From Actinomycetota bacterium (GTDB lineage Bacteria; Actinomycetota; CADDZG01; JAHWKV01): a DNA stretch of 64,000 bases. Positions within the stretch are counted from its first letter, which is position 1. Each line of letters begins with the position of its first letter. Location: positions 10,805-74,804 of the forward strand of contig JAHWKU010000010.1 of assembly GCA_019347715.1 (NCBI GenBank), read 5' to 3'. A program made the translations under genes and the position numbers. Shown here one piece after another: positions 1-9,568 of the stretch. A model generated the notes under the pieces. The model did no database searches. It was not told the DNA's origin and was given only the letters and a program-made list of their open reading frames with translations.

Positions 1-1111
1 GCAAATTCGCTTTTGTTTCCTCGAGTCGATCTGGTGCAGATAGGAGATCCTTCATTCGCTGAGCAAATCCTGAGCCATCCTGATACGGGACGGTGAATCC
101 CAACCCCTCGCTCTGGACGATGTCTGCCATCGCATCGCCCTCAGTGGCAACGATAGGAATCGTCGTCCAGATGTAATCGAGTATTCGGGTCCGAAATGAG
201 AATCTCGTCTCGAGATGATCAAGATGGGCTGAAACCCCGAGATCCGCTTGCAGCAGGTAGTTTTGCCGCTCTTCGTAAGGGACCCATCCCTGATTGAAGA
301 ACACCTGCTTGTCGTATAAGTCCAGCTCCTTGGCGAGGGAGATGGCTCGACCGGCCATGTCCATCGGCGTGAAGGCGGGAGCCGGGCGTTTTATACCCAT
401 GAAGACCAAGGCCGCCGTCATACCCGAACGCTTCAATTCAGCGATGGCCCGGATGGGAGTCAAGGGATCCAGCCAGTTCCATATTCCGCCGGCCCAGATT
501 GCCATCGGCCAATCAGGCTCAATGCGAAGCGTCTCTCTGAATCCAGGCCCTGTCTTGGAAGGATCTTGGGAGGGAAGGCCGAATGAGACCACGTCGATCC
601 TGTTCCTGAATGATTTGTCAGCGAAGTAATCCGACGGAGCAATGAGGTTGAGAGCCATCATCGAACCCAGCCAAAGATCCCTCTGTCTCTCGGTGGCGCA
701 GAGAATGGCGTCGGCGAAATGTAGCCAGAGCCGTAGCTTCAAGACCGAGGCCCTGCTCTTTTGGATCTGAATTCGCGGATCCTCATCCGCGTAAGCTTCG
801 AGTGTCTCGAGAGGAATGGGATCGTAAGCGTCTACTAGCAGTTTGACATGGTGGGACCTAGCGAGACGCGCAATTCCAGGCGTGATCGACTGGGCGATCA
901 AAACATCCTGACCACCAATGAGATTCGACAAACTGCGATTATTGAGAGAGACAACTTCAAAGTCGGGATGGTCGATGTCACAAGTTCCCTTAGTTGCAAG
1001 CGTCACCTCGTGATGTTTCGAGATGACCTTCGCGAACTCCCAATATCGGATTGCCGGACCCGCCATGCTCGAGCCGATTTCGTCTATGCAATAAATCAGG
1101 ACCTTGGGAAT
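1..1111 (-). CDS. GT4-family (GT-B) glycosyltransferase, C-terminus beyond window; no canonical start codon
   Basis: Open minus-strand frame from 1111 to the window start. It translates as ...KVLIYCIDEIGSSMAGPAIRYWEFAK...ATEGDAMADIVQSEGLGF..., a typical GT4 N-terminal beta-strand with Gly-rich loop and a C-terminal donor-binding region. It is absent from the ORF track because there is no ATG/GTG/TTG between the upstream in-frame TGA and the internal Met. Candidate ATT start at 1111-1109 lies 5 nt after AAGGAGGG. Confidence 0.7.
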   Translation of the reverse strand, partial: MPKVLIYCIDEIGSSMAGPAIRYWEFAKVISKHHEVTLATKGTCDIDHPDFEVVSLNNRSLSNLIGGQDVLIAQSITPGIARLARSHHVKLLVDAYDPIPLETLEAYADEDPRIQIQKSRASVLKLRLWLHFADAILCATERQRDLWLGSMMALNLIAPSDYFADKSFRNRIDVVSFGLPSQDPSKTGPGFRETLRIEPDWPMAIWAGGIWNWLDPLTPIRAIAELKRSGMTAALVFMGIKRPAPAFTPMDMAGRAISLAKELDLYDKQVFFNQGWVPYEERQNYLLQADLGVSAHLDHLETRFSFRTRILDYIWTTIPIVATEGDAMADIVQSEGLGFTVPYQDGSGFAQRMKDLLSAPDRLEETKANL

Positions 1112-1112
1112 G

Positions 1113-2120
1113 TCACCCTCCTTGGCGCCGTCTAAGATGAAATGACAAAAGTCTCAGGCCTTCCGCCAGCCGAATCGGCGCGACAACCTGTTCGTAGAAG
1201 ATCTGAGCGTCGGAGATCCTTCTCCCGGCTTGACTTCGCGCTCTGCGGTTCCTGGATTCCCCGAAATTGAGAAACAACCAGAAGATTGCCCTCCATATGG
1301 ACAGAAAGGATCTGGGGCGGCCGGATAAAGCCATTGCTATCGAAATTCCTGCAATCAGGACCAGGTGAACCGGCAAGACTCTCCAAAGTGTAAGAGTCGA
1401 TGCGTTGCTCGCGATGGATAGGAGACGGTTTCTGTAGGCGAGGTAATGAATCTCGTGAGTTTGGAAGACCCGCGTGGCGGTTGCAAATCCCACGTGTTCA
1501 ACAACTGCCGTTGGAAGTAGCTTTACCTCATAGCCTGCCATTCGAGCTCGCCAGCACAGGTCGCTCTCCTCGAAGTAGGCGAAGAACTCTTCTCGGAAAC
1601 CCTCCAACTCTAGGAAGACCTCTTGCCGGACCAGCATGCATGCACCCTTGACGGAGAAGACGGGAACGGCGCCCGGCCCCCCGGGTTCCCTTCGGTGCCA
1701 GAGAAAGCCGGTCCAGCTGAAAAGGTCACCAGCAGAGTCGATCTCATGCTCTACATCGAGGATGAGGGGCTGCCAGACTGCGGTTCCGGGATCTCTGTCG
1801 GCTGCCTCGATCAATGAAGAAAGACATCCCTCGGTGAGGATGGCATCCGAGTTCAAGAACACAACGTAGCGCCCCGTTCCGGCCGCGGCTCCCTCGTTGC
1901 ACGCTGGGGCGAAGCCGGTATTGGTCTCGTGTCTTATCACTTTCGATGAAGGAAATTGAGACGTTGCCATCTCGAGTGAGCCATCGCTGGAACCGTTGTC
2001 AACGAGGACGATTTCTATGGCATCTACCGACTGAATTTCGACTGACTTTAGGGCTCGGATCAACATGTCGCCGGAGTCCAGCGTCGGAATTACGATCGTC
2101 ACGATGGGCTGTCCGGTCAA
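1113..2120 (-). CDS. GT2-family glycosyltransferase
   Basis: 335 aa. N-terminus IVTIVIPTLDSGDMLIRALKSVEIQS...VLVDNGSSDGS is the classic GT-A/GT2 DxD-containing fold. Stop TGA at 1113-1115 directly abuts the downstream GT4. Confidence 0.85.
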   Translation of the reverse strand: MTGQPIVTIVIPTLDSGDMLIRALKSVEIQSVDAIEIVLVDNGSSDGSLEMATSQFPSSKVIRHETNTGFAPACNEGAAAGTGRYVVFLNSDAILTEGCLSSLIEAADRDPGTAVWQPLILDVEHEIDSAGDLFSWTGFLWHRREPGGPGAVPVFSVKGACMLVRQEVFLELEGFREEFFAYFEESDLCWRARMAGYEVKLLPTAVVEHVGFATATRVFQTHEIHYLAYRNRLLSIASNASTLTLWRVLPVHLVLIAGISIAMALSGRPRSFLSIWRAIFWLFLNFGESRNRRARSQAGRRISDAQIFYEQVVAPIRLAEGLRLLSFHLRRRQGG

Positions 2121-2166
2121 TTCAAGCTACCCGAAACGACATGTCGACACTGTACCCTCTCCTACT

Positions 2167-3276
2167 GTGAGAGTTCTTCATGTTTTTAAGGATTACTTTC
2201 CACCGACGAGGGGGGGAATCGAGCAGCACATCAATGATGTCGTCCACTCGAACATGGACGTTAAGTTCGCCGTCCTCACTTCCTGTCGATCCCGAAAACC
2301 CATGGTCGATGATGATGACGGAGTGACGGTGATCCGTACTCCTGAGATCGTGCGTTTGGCTTCCACCCCGGTGACTCCTTCATGGAGGAAGTTCCTCGCT
2401 AAATCGGGGGCCGACGTAATCCATTTTCACTCTCCCAATCCATTCGGGGAATTGGCGTTCCTTGCCTCGAGGACCAAGATCCCGATGGTTCTCACCTACC
2501 ATTCTGATATTGAGAGGAATCCCTTTTTGTACCGGTTCTTTGCCCCTTTCCAGCGGCGGTTTTTGACTAAAGCTGACCGCATCATCGTCTCCTCACCCAA
2601 CCTGCGGGACTCGTCCATTGCATTGAGAGGTCATCTCGAGAGGATCGCAGTCATTCCTTTTGGAGTGGATCCCGATCTCTGGGCCCCCCGGCCCCCGATG
2701 GTGGACGATATCCGGAGTCGATTCTCACCGCCCCTCATTGTCTTCCTTGGAAGGCTCGTCCCATACAAAGGAGTGGATGTCTTGATCCGCGCGATGAGAG
2801 GGATAGACGCAAGAGCCCTGATCGTCGGATCCGGCCCGATGAGGCAGAGCCTCGAATTCCTAGCTGCCGACCTCGGAGTGGACAAACGCGTGACTTTTAT
2901 CGGCGACGTACCCGACGAGCTGCGTCCAGCTTTTTACCACTCCGCCGACGTCTTTGTTCTGCCTGCTTACTCCAGGGCGGAGACATTCGGTATCGCAATG
3001 CTCGAGGCGATGGCTTGTGGCACGCCGGTGATTTCGACTGAGTTGGGAACCGGAACATCCTGGGTGAACCAGAATAAAAGAACGGGTCTCATCGTGGAAG
3101 CGGGCAGCGTCTCAGCCTTAGCCGGCGCCATACGTGTAATGCTTTCAAACGAAGAAATGAGGAAAAGAATGGGTGAGTTTGCGGCCCTCAGGGTGAGAGA
3201 TCACTTTACGAAACAGGAGATGATCAAGGCGTTGGAAGCTGTCTACTTGGATACCGGAGGGAGGGGAGGTCACTAA
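2167..3276 (+). CDS. GT4-family glycosyltransferase
   Basis: ORF 2065..3276. GTG at 2167 gives MRVLHVFKDYFPPTRGGIEQH, a typical GT4 N-terminus, and avoids overlap with the divergent GT2 start. C-terminal region GTPVISTELGTG..GLIVE matches GT4 donor-binding motifs. Confidence 0.85.
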   Translation: MRVLHVFKDYFPPTRGGIEQHINDVVHSNMDVKFAVLTSCRSRKPMVDDDDGVTVIRTPEIVRLASTPVTPSWRKFLAKSGADVIHFHSPNPFGELAFLASRTKIPMVLTYHSDIERNPFLYRFFAPFQRRFLTKADRIIVSSPNLRDSSIALRGHLERIAVIPFGVDPDLWAPRPPMVDDIRSRFSPPLIVFLGRLVPYKGVDVLIRAMRGIDARALIVGSGPMRQSLEFLAADLGVDKRVTFIGDVPDELRPAFYHSADVFVLPAYSRAETFGIAMLEAMACGTPVISTELGTGTSWVNQNKRTGLIVEAGSVSALAGAIRVMLSNEEMRKRMGEFAALRVRDHFTKQEMIKALEAVYLDTGGRGGH

Positions 3277-3284
3277 CCGGAACA

Positions 3285-4064
3285 ATGGACGATCCCAGAG
3301 ATTACATAGGCGGCCTCTACGACCGCCATTATTACGAATCGTACACAGAAGACGCCGAGAAGTACGGATACATAGAGCCATGGCTGTCGTTCTTTGGAAG
3401 TATCGCCGATTACATCGCGGAGGACATCAAGCCCGCAACCGTCATGGATGTTGGGTGCGGTTTTGGAATTCTGGTAAAGGCTCTACGGGAGCGAGACATC
3501 CAAGCCTTCGGGATCGACATCTCGGAGTATGCGATGAGCCAAGTCGATGCAGAAATCCGCGAGTACTGCCAACTTGGCTCGATAACTGATTCCCTTCCTC
3601 AGGCATACGACCTCATCGTGTGCATCGAAGTCGTTGAACATCTTCCTCCCAAGGAAGCCCTGAGCGCAGTAACGAACATTTGTAGACATACCGAAGACGT
3701 GATTTTCTCCTCTACTTCAGACGGTTTCCGAGAACCCACCCATCTGAACGTCCGGCCCATGGAGTATTGGGCAGAGCTGTTTGCGCGCAACGGGTTTTAT
3801 CGGGATCTAGACTTCGACGAGATGGTGATTGGGCCCCACGCGATGAGATTTCAAAAGATTGACCTTCCCAAGCACAAGCTGGTGGCCGCATATGAGCGAA
3901 GATTGTCCCGGCGCGAGACCGAGTCCAGGGAAGTCCGGAAGGCGTTGCTGGACATGAGGGCCCGGAATCACGCACTTCAGGAGATGCTCACCCCGCTGGA
4001 CCTTCGTGTACTCGCGCGCAGAGCCATCAGAGCAACCTGGCGGTCGATTTTTCGGCGACGCTGA
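3285..4064 (+). CDS. class I SAM-dependent methyltransferase
   Basis: 259 aa. Motif I VMDVGCGFGILVKAL and acidic motif GIDISEYAM. Sits inside the glycan gene cluster. Confidence 0.75.
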   Translation: MDDPRDYIGGLYDRHYYESYTEDAEKYGYIEPWLSFFGSIADYIAEDIKPATVMDVGCGFGILVKALRERDIQAFGIDISEYAMSQVDAEIREYCQLGSITDSLPQAYDLIVCIEVVEHLPPKEALSAVTNICRHTEDVIFSSTSDGFREPTHLNVRPMEYWAELFARNGFYRDLDFDEMVIGPHAMRFQKIDLPKHKLVAAYERRLSRRETESREVRKALLDMRARNHALQEMLTPLDLRVLARRAIRATWRSIFRRR

Positions 4065-4114
4065 ATCGTCGGTCGCACCGGTAAAGTAGCGGACCCCCCA
4101 GCTATCATGGCGGG

Positions 4115-5077
4115 ATGCGAGCGCTTGTAACAGGAGGGGCAGGATTCATCGGCTCCCACCTTATCGACGCGTTGTTGGAACGCGATGATCAGGTAATCGC
4201 GCTCGACAACCTCGCCACCGGCAGTCACGACAACATTCGTGACCACATCGGCGATCATCGCTTCGAGTTCGTCCTCGGCTCGATCATGAACGCCGATCTG
4301 GTCGACGACATGGTTTCGAGAGCAGATGTTGTCTTCCATCTAGCCGCCGCCGTCGGTGTGAAACGCATCATCGAGCGCCCTCTGGAATCCTTGCTTACCA
4401 ACATACGCGGCTCCGAGATCGTTCTCGAGAAGGCTCACAAGCACGGCCGTAAAGTCTTGATCACCTCCACATCCGAGATCTATGGCAAGAACACCAATGT
4501 TCCACTCCAGGAGGACGGTGACCGCCTGCTGGGTTCCCCTCTGGTGGATCGCTGGAGCTATTCCACCTCCAAGGCAGTGGATGAAATCTTGGCCGCTGCA
4601 TATCACCGCACCAAGGGACTTCCCACCATCATCGTCCGTCTCTTCAACACCGTGGGCCCGCGCCAATCACCCGACTACGGGATGGTCATTCCTCGGTTCG
4701 TCGAGGCGGCACTTTCCGGCAAGGATCTCATCGTCCACGGCGATGGAAGTCAAACCCGATGCTTCGGTTACGTGGGCGACATCGTTCCGGCCCTCCTCGC
4801 GCTTGCCGAGAACCGGGAGGCGGAGGGAATCGCGATCAACCTCGGATCCACCGAAGAGGTTTCCATCAATCAGTTGGCCGAGTTGGTCATCGAGATGACG
4901 AATTCCAACTCGACGATCAGATACGTGCCTTACGAGGAAGCTTACGAATCAGGTTTCGAAGATATGCCTAGAAGAGTCCCGGACATCTCCAGGGCTCGTA
5001 AGCTGATCGGCTTCGAGCCGAAGACCTCTTTGCGCGAGATCGTCGACATGATGATCATCGACTCGCAGAGGACTTGA
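4115..5077 (+). CDS. NAD-dependent epimerase/dehydratase (extended SDR; UDP-sugar decarboxylase or epimerase-like)
   Basis: 320 aa. N-terminus MRALVTGGAGFIGSHLIDALLERDDQVIALDNLATGS with the GxxGxxG Rossmann motif. YxxxK present (YSTSK). Confidence 0.85.
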   Translation: MRALVTGGAGFIGSHLIDALLERDDQVIALDNLATGSHDNIRDHIGDHRFEFVLGSIMNADLVDDMVSRADVVFHLAAAVGVKRIIERPLESLLTNIRGSEIVLEKAHKHGRKVLITSTSEIYGKNTNVPLQEDGDRLLGSPLVDRWSYSTSKAVDEILAAAYHRTKGLPTIIVRLFNTVGPRQSPDYGMVIPRFVEAALSGKDLIVHGDGSQTRCFGYVGDIVPALLALAENREAEGIAINLGSTEEVSINQLAELVIEMTNSNSTIRYVPYEEAYESGFEDMPRRVPDISRARKLIGFEPKTSLREIVDMMIIDSQRT

Positions 5078-6078
5078 CCACCTATCTCCTGGCATTTGCC
5101 GTCGCTCTGATATCGGCGCTGGCGGCAACTCCCGTGGCGAGGAGACTCGCCCTTCGCTTCGGAATCATGGATTCACCGTCCGACCGTAAGGTTCATCGAG
5201 ACCCGGTTCCCTATCTTGGGGGCTTGGCGATTGTCCTTGCATTTGCCGTTGCGATGGTCGGAGGCGCTCTATTACGGAACGTCTTGGCCGAATCCGTTCT
5301 GCAGATTGCAGTACTCCTCGGAGGCGGTCTCCTTCTTGCATTTATGGGTCTTTGGGATGACTTGAGAGTGGTTCCTGGTTGGATAAAGGTTCCGGTCGAG
5401 CTGGGCCTGGGTGCCCTTCTTTATCTCGCAGGAGTGAGAGCGGAGTTATTCGGGGTAATGCCCCTCGACCTTCTGATCACTATGGCCTGGGTGATCGGAG
5501 TCACCAACGCCGTGAACTACATGGACAACATGGATGGATTGACCGCTGGTGTTGTGTCGATCGCCTCGACTTACTTTGCGGTACTTGCCGCTCTATCCGG
5601 CCAACTCCTTGTCGGCAGTCTTTCCGCCGCCCTGGCAGGATGCGCTATCGGCTTCCTGTGGCATAACCGTCCGCCGGCTCGAATATTTATGGGGGATGCA
5701 GGGAGCCTCTTTCTGGGCTTCCTGCTGGCCGGCCTCGGTTTGCATCTGCGATTTGCGAACATAGCTCGGGTAACCTTTTTTGTACCCGTGGCCATCCTCG
5801 CTGTTCCGATACTCGACGCACTCATGGTGTCGGTCTCTCGAGCCATGAGGGGTCTCTCTCCCATCCGACCGGGTAAAGACCACATCTCCCACCGTCTCGT
5901 AGCCATCGGGATTCCTCCCAAGGGTGCCGTGGGTTTGATTTATTTTGCGGCCGCCGCCTGCGGGTGGATCGGAGTGGTGATTGCCTATGCCCAGCCATTG
6001 ACCGCCTACATGTTGATGGGCTGGTTGGTTATCTTGGGCGCGTTCGTTGGTCTGCTGCTGTTGAGGGTGAAGGTATGA
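5074..6078 (+). CDS. polyprenyl-phosphate N-acetylhexosamine-1-phosphate transferase (WecA/MraY family)
   Basis: 334 aa polytopic membrane protein. Signature NAVNYMDNMDGLTAGV and DAGSLFLGF. TTG start overlaps the upstream TGA (TTGA), and its own TGA overlaps the downstream ATG (ATGA). Confidence 0.9.
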   Translation: MTTYLLAFAVALISALAATPVARRLALRFGIMDSPSDRKVHRDPVPYLGGLAIVLAFAVAMVGGALLRNVLAESVLQIAVLLGGGLLLAFMGLWDDLRVVPGWIKVPVELGLGALLYLAGVRAELFGVMPLDLLITMAWVIGVTNAVNYMDNMDGLTAGVVSIASTYFAVLAALSGQLLVGSLSAALAGCAIGFLWHNRPPARIFMGDAGSLFLGFLLAGLGLHLRFANIARVTFFVPVAILAVPILDALMVSVSRAMRGLSPIRPGKDHISHRLVAIGIPPKGAVGLIYFAAAACGWIGVVIAYAQPLTAYMLMGWLVILGAFVGLLLLRVKV

Positions 6079-8177
6079 AGCAGTGGATCCTCGACCGATG
6101 GCTGGCTTACGCGCGCACCTGCCTGATCCTCGCGATCTTTCTTGCTCCGGTCATCTTCTGGCGAGGAACGGTCGACGTCTTCAATCTCGTCAAGATGACG
6201 GTCATCCTGGTGGCCGGATCGGCTGCTCTTCTGTTTTGGGCTTCGTGGTCTGCCGAGACCGGGATCTGGATGCCGCGCTTCAACATCCTCTATCCAGCTC
6301 TTGCTTTCATCCTTGCCGGAATAATCGCAACGATCTTCTCGGAAAATCCCGCACTTTCGGTTACGGGTCTCTATCACCGATACGGGGGCCTGATTCCTTT
6401 CATTCTGTACGTGGGTTTGATGGTGCTGATCGTCGGGATGTATTGGGAGCGCCCGCTCGCGCTGCGGGATATCGCCAAAGCGTCGGCCGGAGCCTCCATC
6501 GTGCTGGCAGGCTACGTGCTGATCCAAGCCGCGGGTTTGGACTGGATACCTTGGAGGGACTCCTCGGGAAATCCTCCGGAGTTTCCAGTTGGGACGATGG
6601 GGAATTCGAACTTCGCCGGGGGTTATCTCGGGATCGCTATTCCCTTCCTCATCTATATGGCGGCGAGCGCTAGGCGAGAGATCCTTCGCTATTTCCTCTT
6701 CTTTGCGGTGGCTGCGGATCTTCTGGCGCTGTGGTTCACACAAACTCGGGGAGGAATGATCGCGGCTGGGGTTGGGATCGTGACGATGGTCTTTCTGTAC
6801 CGGGACCGCCTTCCTGCATGGGTGAGAATCAGTACCGCAGTCGCATCGGCCCTGGCAATAGTTGTCGCTCTCGTGGTTCTTGCAGATATTGGGTCCGCTC
6901 GGACATCAGGACCGTTCGGTCGCATTGAAGTCTTCAGAACCGGAACCTTCAACGTCAGAACTTACTACTGGGGTACTGCCCTTCGCATTTTCACCGACAA
7001 TCCGCTGGTCGGAACCGGTCTCGATACCTACTACGCGAATTATCCGCTGTACCGCCTTCCGGAGGACGGGGCTCAGTTAGGCCTCACGATTACCGACAAG
7101 CCCCACAACATCTATCTGGAATATGCAGCGAACGCTGGTGTCTTGGGGGCAGGGGCCTATCTGGTTACCGTCGGTCTTGGAATCTGGTACGGCATTAGAA
7201 GGGCCCGGCGCGTCGAGGGGCCCGAGAAGTTCCTTCTCACGAGTTTCACCGCGGTTCTCACCGGCTATCTCGCTCAAGGCATGTTCTCGATCGATGTTCC
7301 TCCGCTTGCGGTGATGGGATGGATCGCGCTCGGGGGCATCGCCGTCATCGCCGACCCCAGGGTGGTAGTTGCCAGAGAAACGCTCATGGCCGAGATGGCT
7401 CAGCAGCGAAAACGTATGAAGCGCCAGGGCAAGGCCGCCAGAAAACGTGAGCGGCAAGTCGCCCACGGTCCTCTTCGGTGGCCGATCCATGTCGCCGGGG
7501 TCGTAATAGTAGGGCTCTTGTTGTTCTTCGGATCTCGGCCCCTGATGGCCGACGCCCGCGCCAAAACTGGCGAGGCGAATCAAAGAGTGAATGGCGATGT
7601 CCAGGCTGCCCTCGGCAACTTTGAGGAGGCGATCAAGCTTCACCCCCTAGAACCTTCTTACCGCGTCCAAGCGGGCGTTATCGCCGAAACTCAAGCACAG
7701 CAAGTCCAGGATCCTGAGGAGAAAGAGCGCCACATCAGAGCCGCCGTTCGCCGCTATCAGGAAGCTTTCCGGCTCCAGCCAGGGAACATCTTCTACATGA
7801 TGAACCTCGCAAGGATCTATGCCCTCTGGGGTCAGATCGATAATTCCAAATTCGCAGAATCGGATCGTTGGTGGAAACGCGCCGCAGATCACGATCCCAC
7901 GGACTGGGAGGTTCACAATCGGTACGCTCTTATGCTGAACGAGTGGGCCAACAACGTTGACAATCCTGAGATAAGAAAGCGCTCGATCCAGCAGCTGAGA
8001 CAAGTCGTCAGGATCCGCCCGGGGGAGGTGACCGCTTGGATCAACCTCGGCAAGATTCACGCCTCATTGGGCGAAACCACCGACGCGATAGAGGCCCTCG
8101 AGAGGGTGCTCGAACTCGATCCGGCCAATCAGGAGGCGAAGGAACTTTTGACCACGCTCCGATCCTCTTCACTATGA
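6075..8177 (+). CDS. O-antigen ligase/polymerase-like (Wzy_C) membrane protein with C-terminal TPR domain
   Basis: ATG at 6075 (MKQWILDRW...) is coupled to the WecA stop. Multiple TM helices and the loop motif WFTQTRGGMIAAGVG are typical of O-antigen ligase family. The last roughly 230 aa show TPR-like repeats (AIKLHPLEPSYRVQAG..., YQEAFRLQPGNIFYMMNLARIYALWG..., ALERVLELDPANQEA). Confidence 0.8.
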   Translation: MKQWILDRWLAYARTCLILAIFLAPVIFWRGTVDVFNLVKMTVILVAGSAALLFWASWSAETGIWMPRFNILYPALAFILAGIIATIFSENPALSVTGLYHRYGGLIPFILYVGLMVLIVGMYWERPLALRDIAKASAGASIVLAGYVLIQAAGLDWIPWRDSSGNPPEFPVGTMGNSNFAGGYLGIAIPFLIYMAASARREILRYFLFFAVAADLLALWFTQTRGGMIAAGVGIVTMVFLYRDRLPAWVRISTAVASALAIVVALVVLADIGSARTSGPFGRIEVFRTGTFNVRTYYWGTALRIFTDNPLVGTGLDTYYANYPLYRLPEDGAQLGLTITDKPHNIYLEYAANAGVLGAGAYLVTVGLGIWYGIRRARRVEGPEKFLLTSFTAVLTGYLAQGMFSIDVPPLAVMGWIALGGIAVIADPRVVVARETLMAEMAQQRKRMKRQGKAARKRERQVAHGPLRWPIHVAGVVIVGLLLFFGSRPLMADARAKTGEANQRVNGDVQAALGNFEEAIKLHPLEPSYRVQAGVIAETQAQQVQDPEEKERHIRAAVRRYQEAFRLQPGNIFYMMNLARIYALWGQIDNSKFAESDRWWKRAADHDPTDWEVHNRYALMLNEWANNVDNPEIRKRSIQQLRQVVRIRPGEVTAWINLGKIHASLGETTDAIEALERVLELDPANQEAKELLTTLRSSSL

Positions 8178-8229
8178 TGGGGCCGCTTTGGCGACGATTC
8201 CGCAACCCCCTTCCAGAGGAAAATTGAGC

Positions 8230-8619
8230 ATGCTCAGGACGGCGAGTCTTGCGATCCTCGGGGTGATGGTCGCAACTGGTGGACAGCTGTTGCTCCGCGC
8301 CGGCATGGAAAGGGTTGGCTACATTGGAGCCAGGCAAGTGGCCAAGCCTATGAAGCTTGCAATCCAGGTGGCAAGCGAGCCCCGCGTATTGATCGGCCTA
8401 GTTCTGTTCGTGATCTCTGCAGGTGTGTGGCTCATCGTCTTATCTCGGATCCCGTTGAGCCTGGCTTATCCGTTTGCGGGGCTGACCTATGTCTTCGTCA
8501 CGGTCTTCAGCAAGTTCGTCTTGAATGAGGAGGTGCCGGGGATCAGATGGCTGGGATTAGCGTTGATCGTAGGTGGCATCTTTCTCGTCGGGCGAAGCGC
8601 ACCGCCCGGACTGGAGTAA
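8230..8619 (+). CDS. ArnE/ArnF-like small EamA/SMR-family transporter (putative undecaprenyl-phosphate-sugar flippase subunit)
   Basis: ORF 8188..8619. ATG at 8230 is preceded by GAGGAAAA. Four predicted TM helices. SLAYPFAGLTYVFVTVFSKFVLNEEVPGIRWLGLALIVGGIFLV parallels the ArnE C-terminal half. Confidence 0.6.
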   Translation: MLRTASLAILGVMVATGGQLLLRAGMERVGYIGARQVAKPMKLAIQVASEPRVLIGLVLFVISAGVWLIVLSRIPLSLAYPFAGLTYVFVTVFSKFVLNEEVPGIRWLGLALIVGGIFLVGRSAPPGLE

Positions 8620-8625
8620 GCGCAG

Positions 8626-9552
8626 GTGCGCGTCCTGGTAACCGGGGCCGGAGGCTTCGTCGGCAGATACATGGTCGCAAGCCTCCTCGAGCTCGGGCAT
8701 GACGTCATCGCGGTCTCGAGGCGACAGGTCGATCTCGACTGCAAAGTGATCTCCTTCGACATGCGACAGGAATTGCATGTGAAAGAGGCTCTTGCCGAGC
8801 ATCGGCCCGAGGGCATCGTGCATCTCGCCGCCCAAGCCTCGGTGCCGGAATCGTGGAAGGATCCGAACCTCACTTACCGGATAAACATCCTCGGCGCGAG
8901 CAACGTCCTGGAGGCCCTTAGAGATCACCCGGAAACTCGCGTACTTTTGATTGGATCGGCCCAGCAGTACGGAAGACGTGATCTCGATCGTCCGATTACA
9001 GAAGATCATCCGATGGAACCTACCTCGCCGTATGCGCTGAGCAAGGTGGCGCAGGAACTAATCGGGCGATTTTATTTCTCGGAATTCGGCCGGCCGGTGG
9101 TGATGGCGAGGGCGTTCAATCATACGGGGCCGGGACAGACCGAAGAGTACGTCGTCGGATCTTTCGCCCGCCAGCTGGCCGACATCAAACTGGGGAAGGC
9201 AGAACCGGTGATAAAGGTCGGCAATCTCGATTCAGTCAGGGACTTTCTCGATGTAAGGGATGTGGTGGATGCCTATCGGCTTTTGCTCGAAAAAGGTGAT
9301 GCAGGGGAGGTCTACAACGTGTGCTCGGGCGAGGGCCGGCAAATGGGAGAGATCCTGAAGGGTTTGATCGCAGTCTCCGGCCTCGACGGCCAGGTGGAGA
9401 TCGATCAGGACGATACGACCCGCCCCGGAGACTCACCGGTGCTCGTGGGGGATAATTCCAAGGTCCGATCCGCCGTGGGATGGTCACCTCAGGTACCGTT
9501 CGAGCGATCTCTGGCGGATACCTTCCAATGGTGTTTCGAGAGTCCAGCCTAA
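8626..9552 (+). CDS. NAD(P)-dependent GDP-sugar reductase/epimerase (Rmd-like, GDP-4-keto-6-deoxy-D-mannose reductase candidate)
   Basis: 308 aa extended SDR. GTG start, [17 protein letters not shown]. Immediately upstream of gmd, the usual context for rmd. Substrate assignment is inferred from context only. Confidence 0.6.
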   Translation: MRVLVTGAGGFVGRYMVASLLELGHDVIAVSRRQVDLDCKVISFDMRQELHVKEALAEHRPEGIVHLAAQASVPESWKDPNLTYRINILGASNVLEALRDHPETRVLLIGSAQQYGRRDLDRPITEDHPMEPTSPYALSKVAQELIGRFYFSEFGRPVVMARAFNHTGPGQTEEYVVGSFARQLADIKLGKAEPVIKVGNLDSVRDFLDVRDVVDAYRLLLEKGDAGEVYNVCSGEGRQMGEILKGLIAVSGLDGQVEIDQDDTTRPGDSPVLVGDNSKVRSAVGWSPQVPFERSLADTFQWCFESPA

Positions 9553-9568
9553 GAGCAAAGGAATAGCC

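Noticed and set aside
294-629. 111-aa plus-strand ORF at the window start
   Set aside because: It lies antisense within the long start-codon-less GT4 frame, which has clear family motifs.
2065-2166. Upstream ATG (2065) for the GT4 gene and upstream ATG (5964) for the ligase gene suggested by the ORF track
   Set aside because: Both would create long overlaps with neighbouring genes. The later starts give typical family N-termini (MRVLHVFKDYFPP; MKQWIL coupled by ATGA).
6006-6743. 245-aa minus-strand ORF antisense to the ligase-TPR gene
   Set aside because: The sense frame encodes a coherent polytopic membrane protein with ligase motifs. The antisense ORF is low-complexity.
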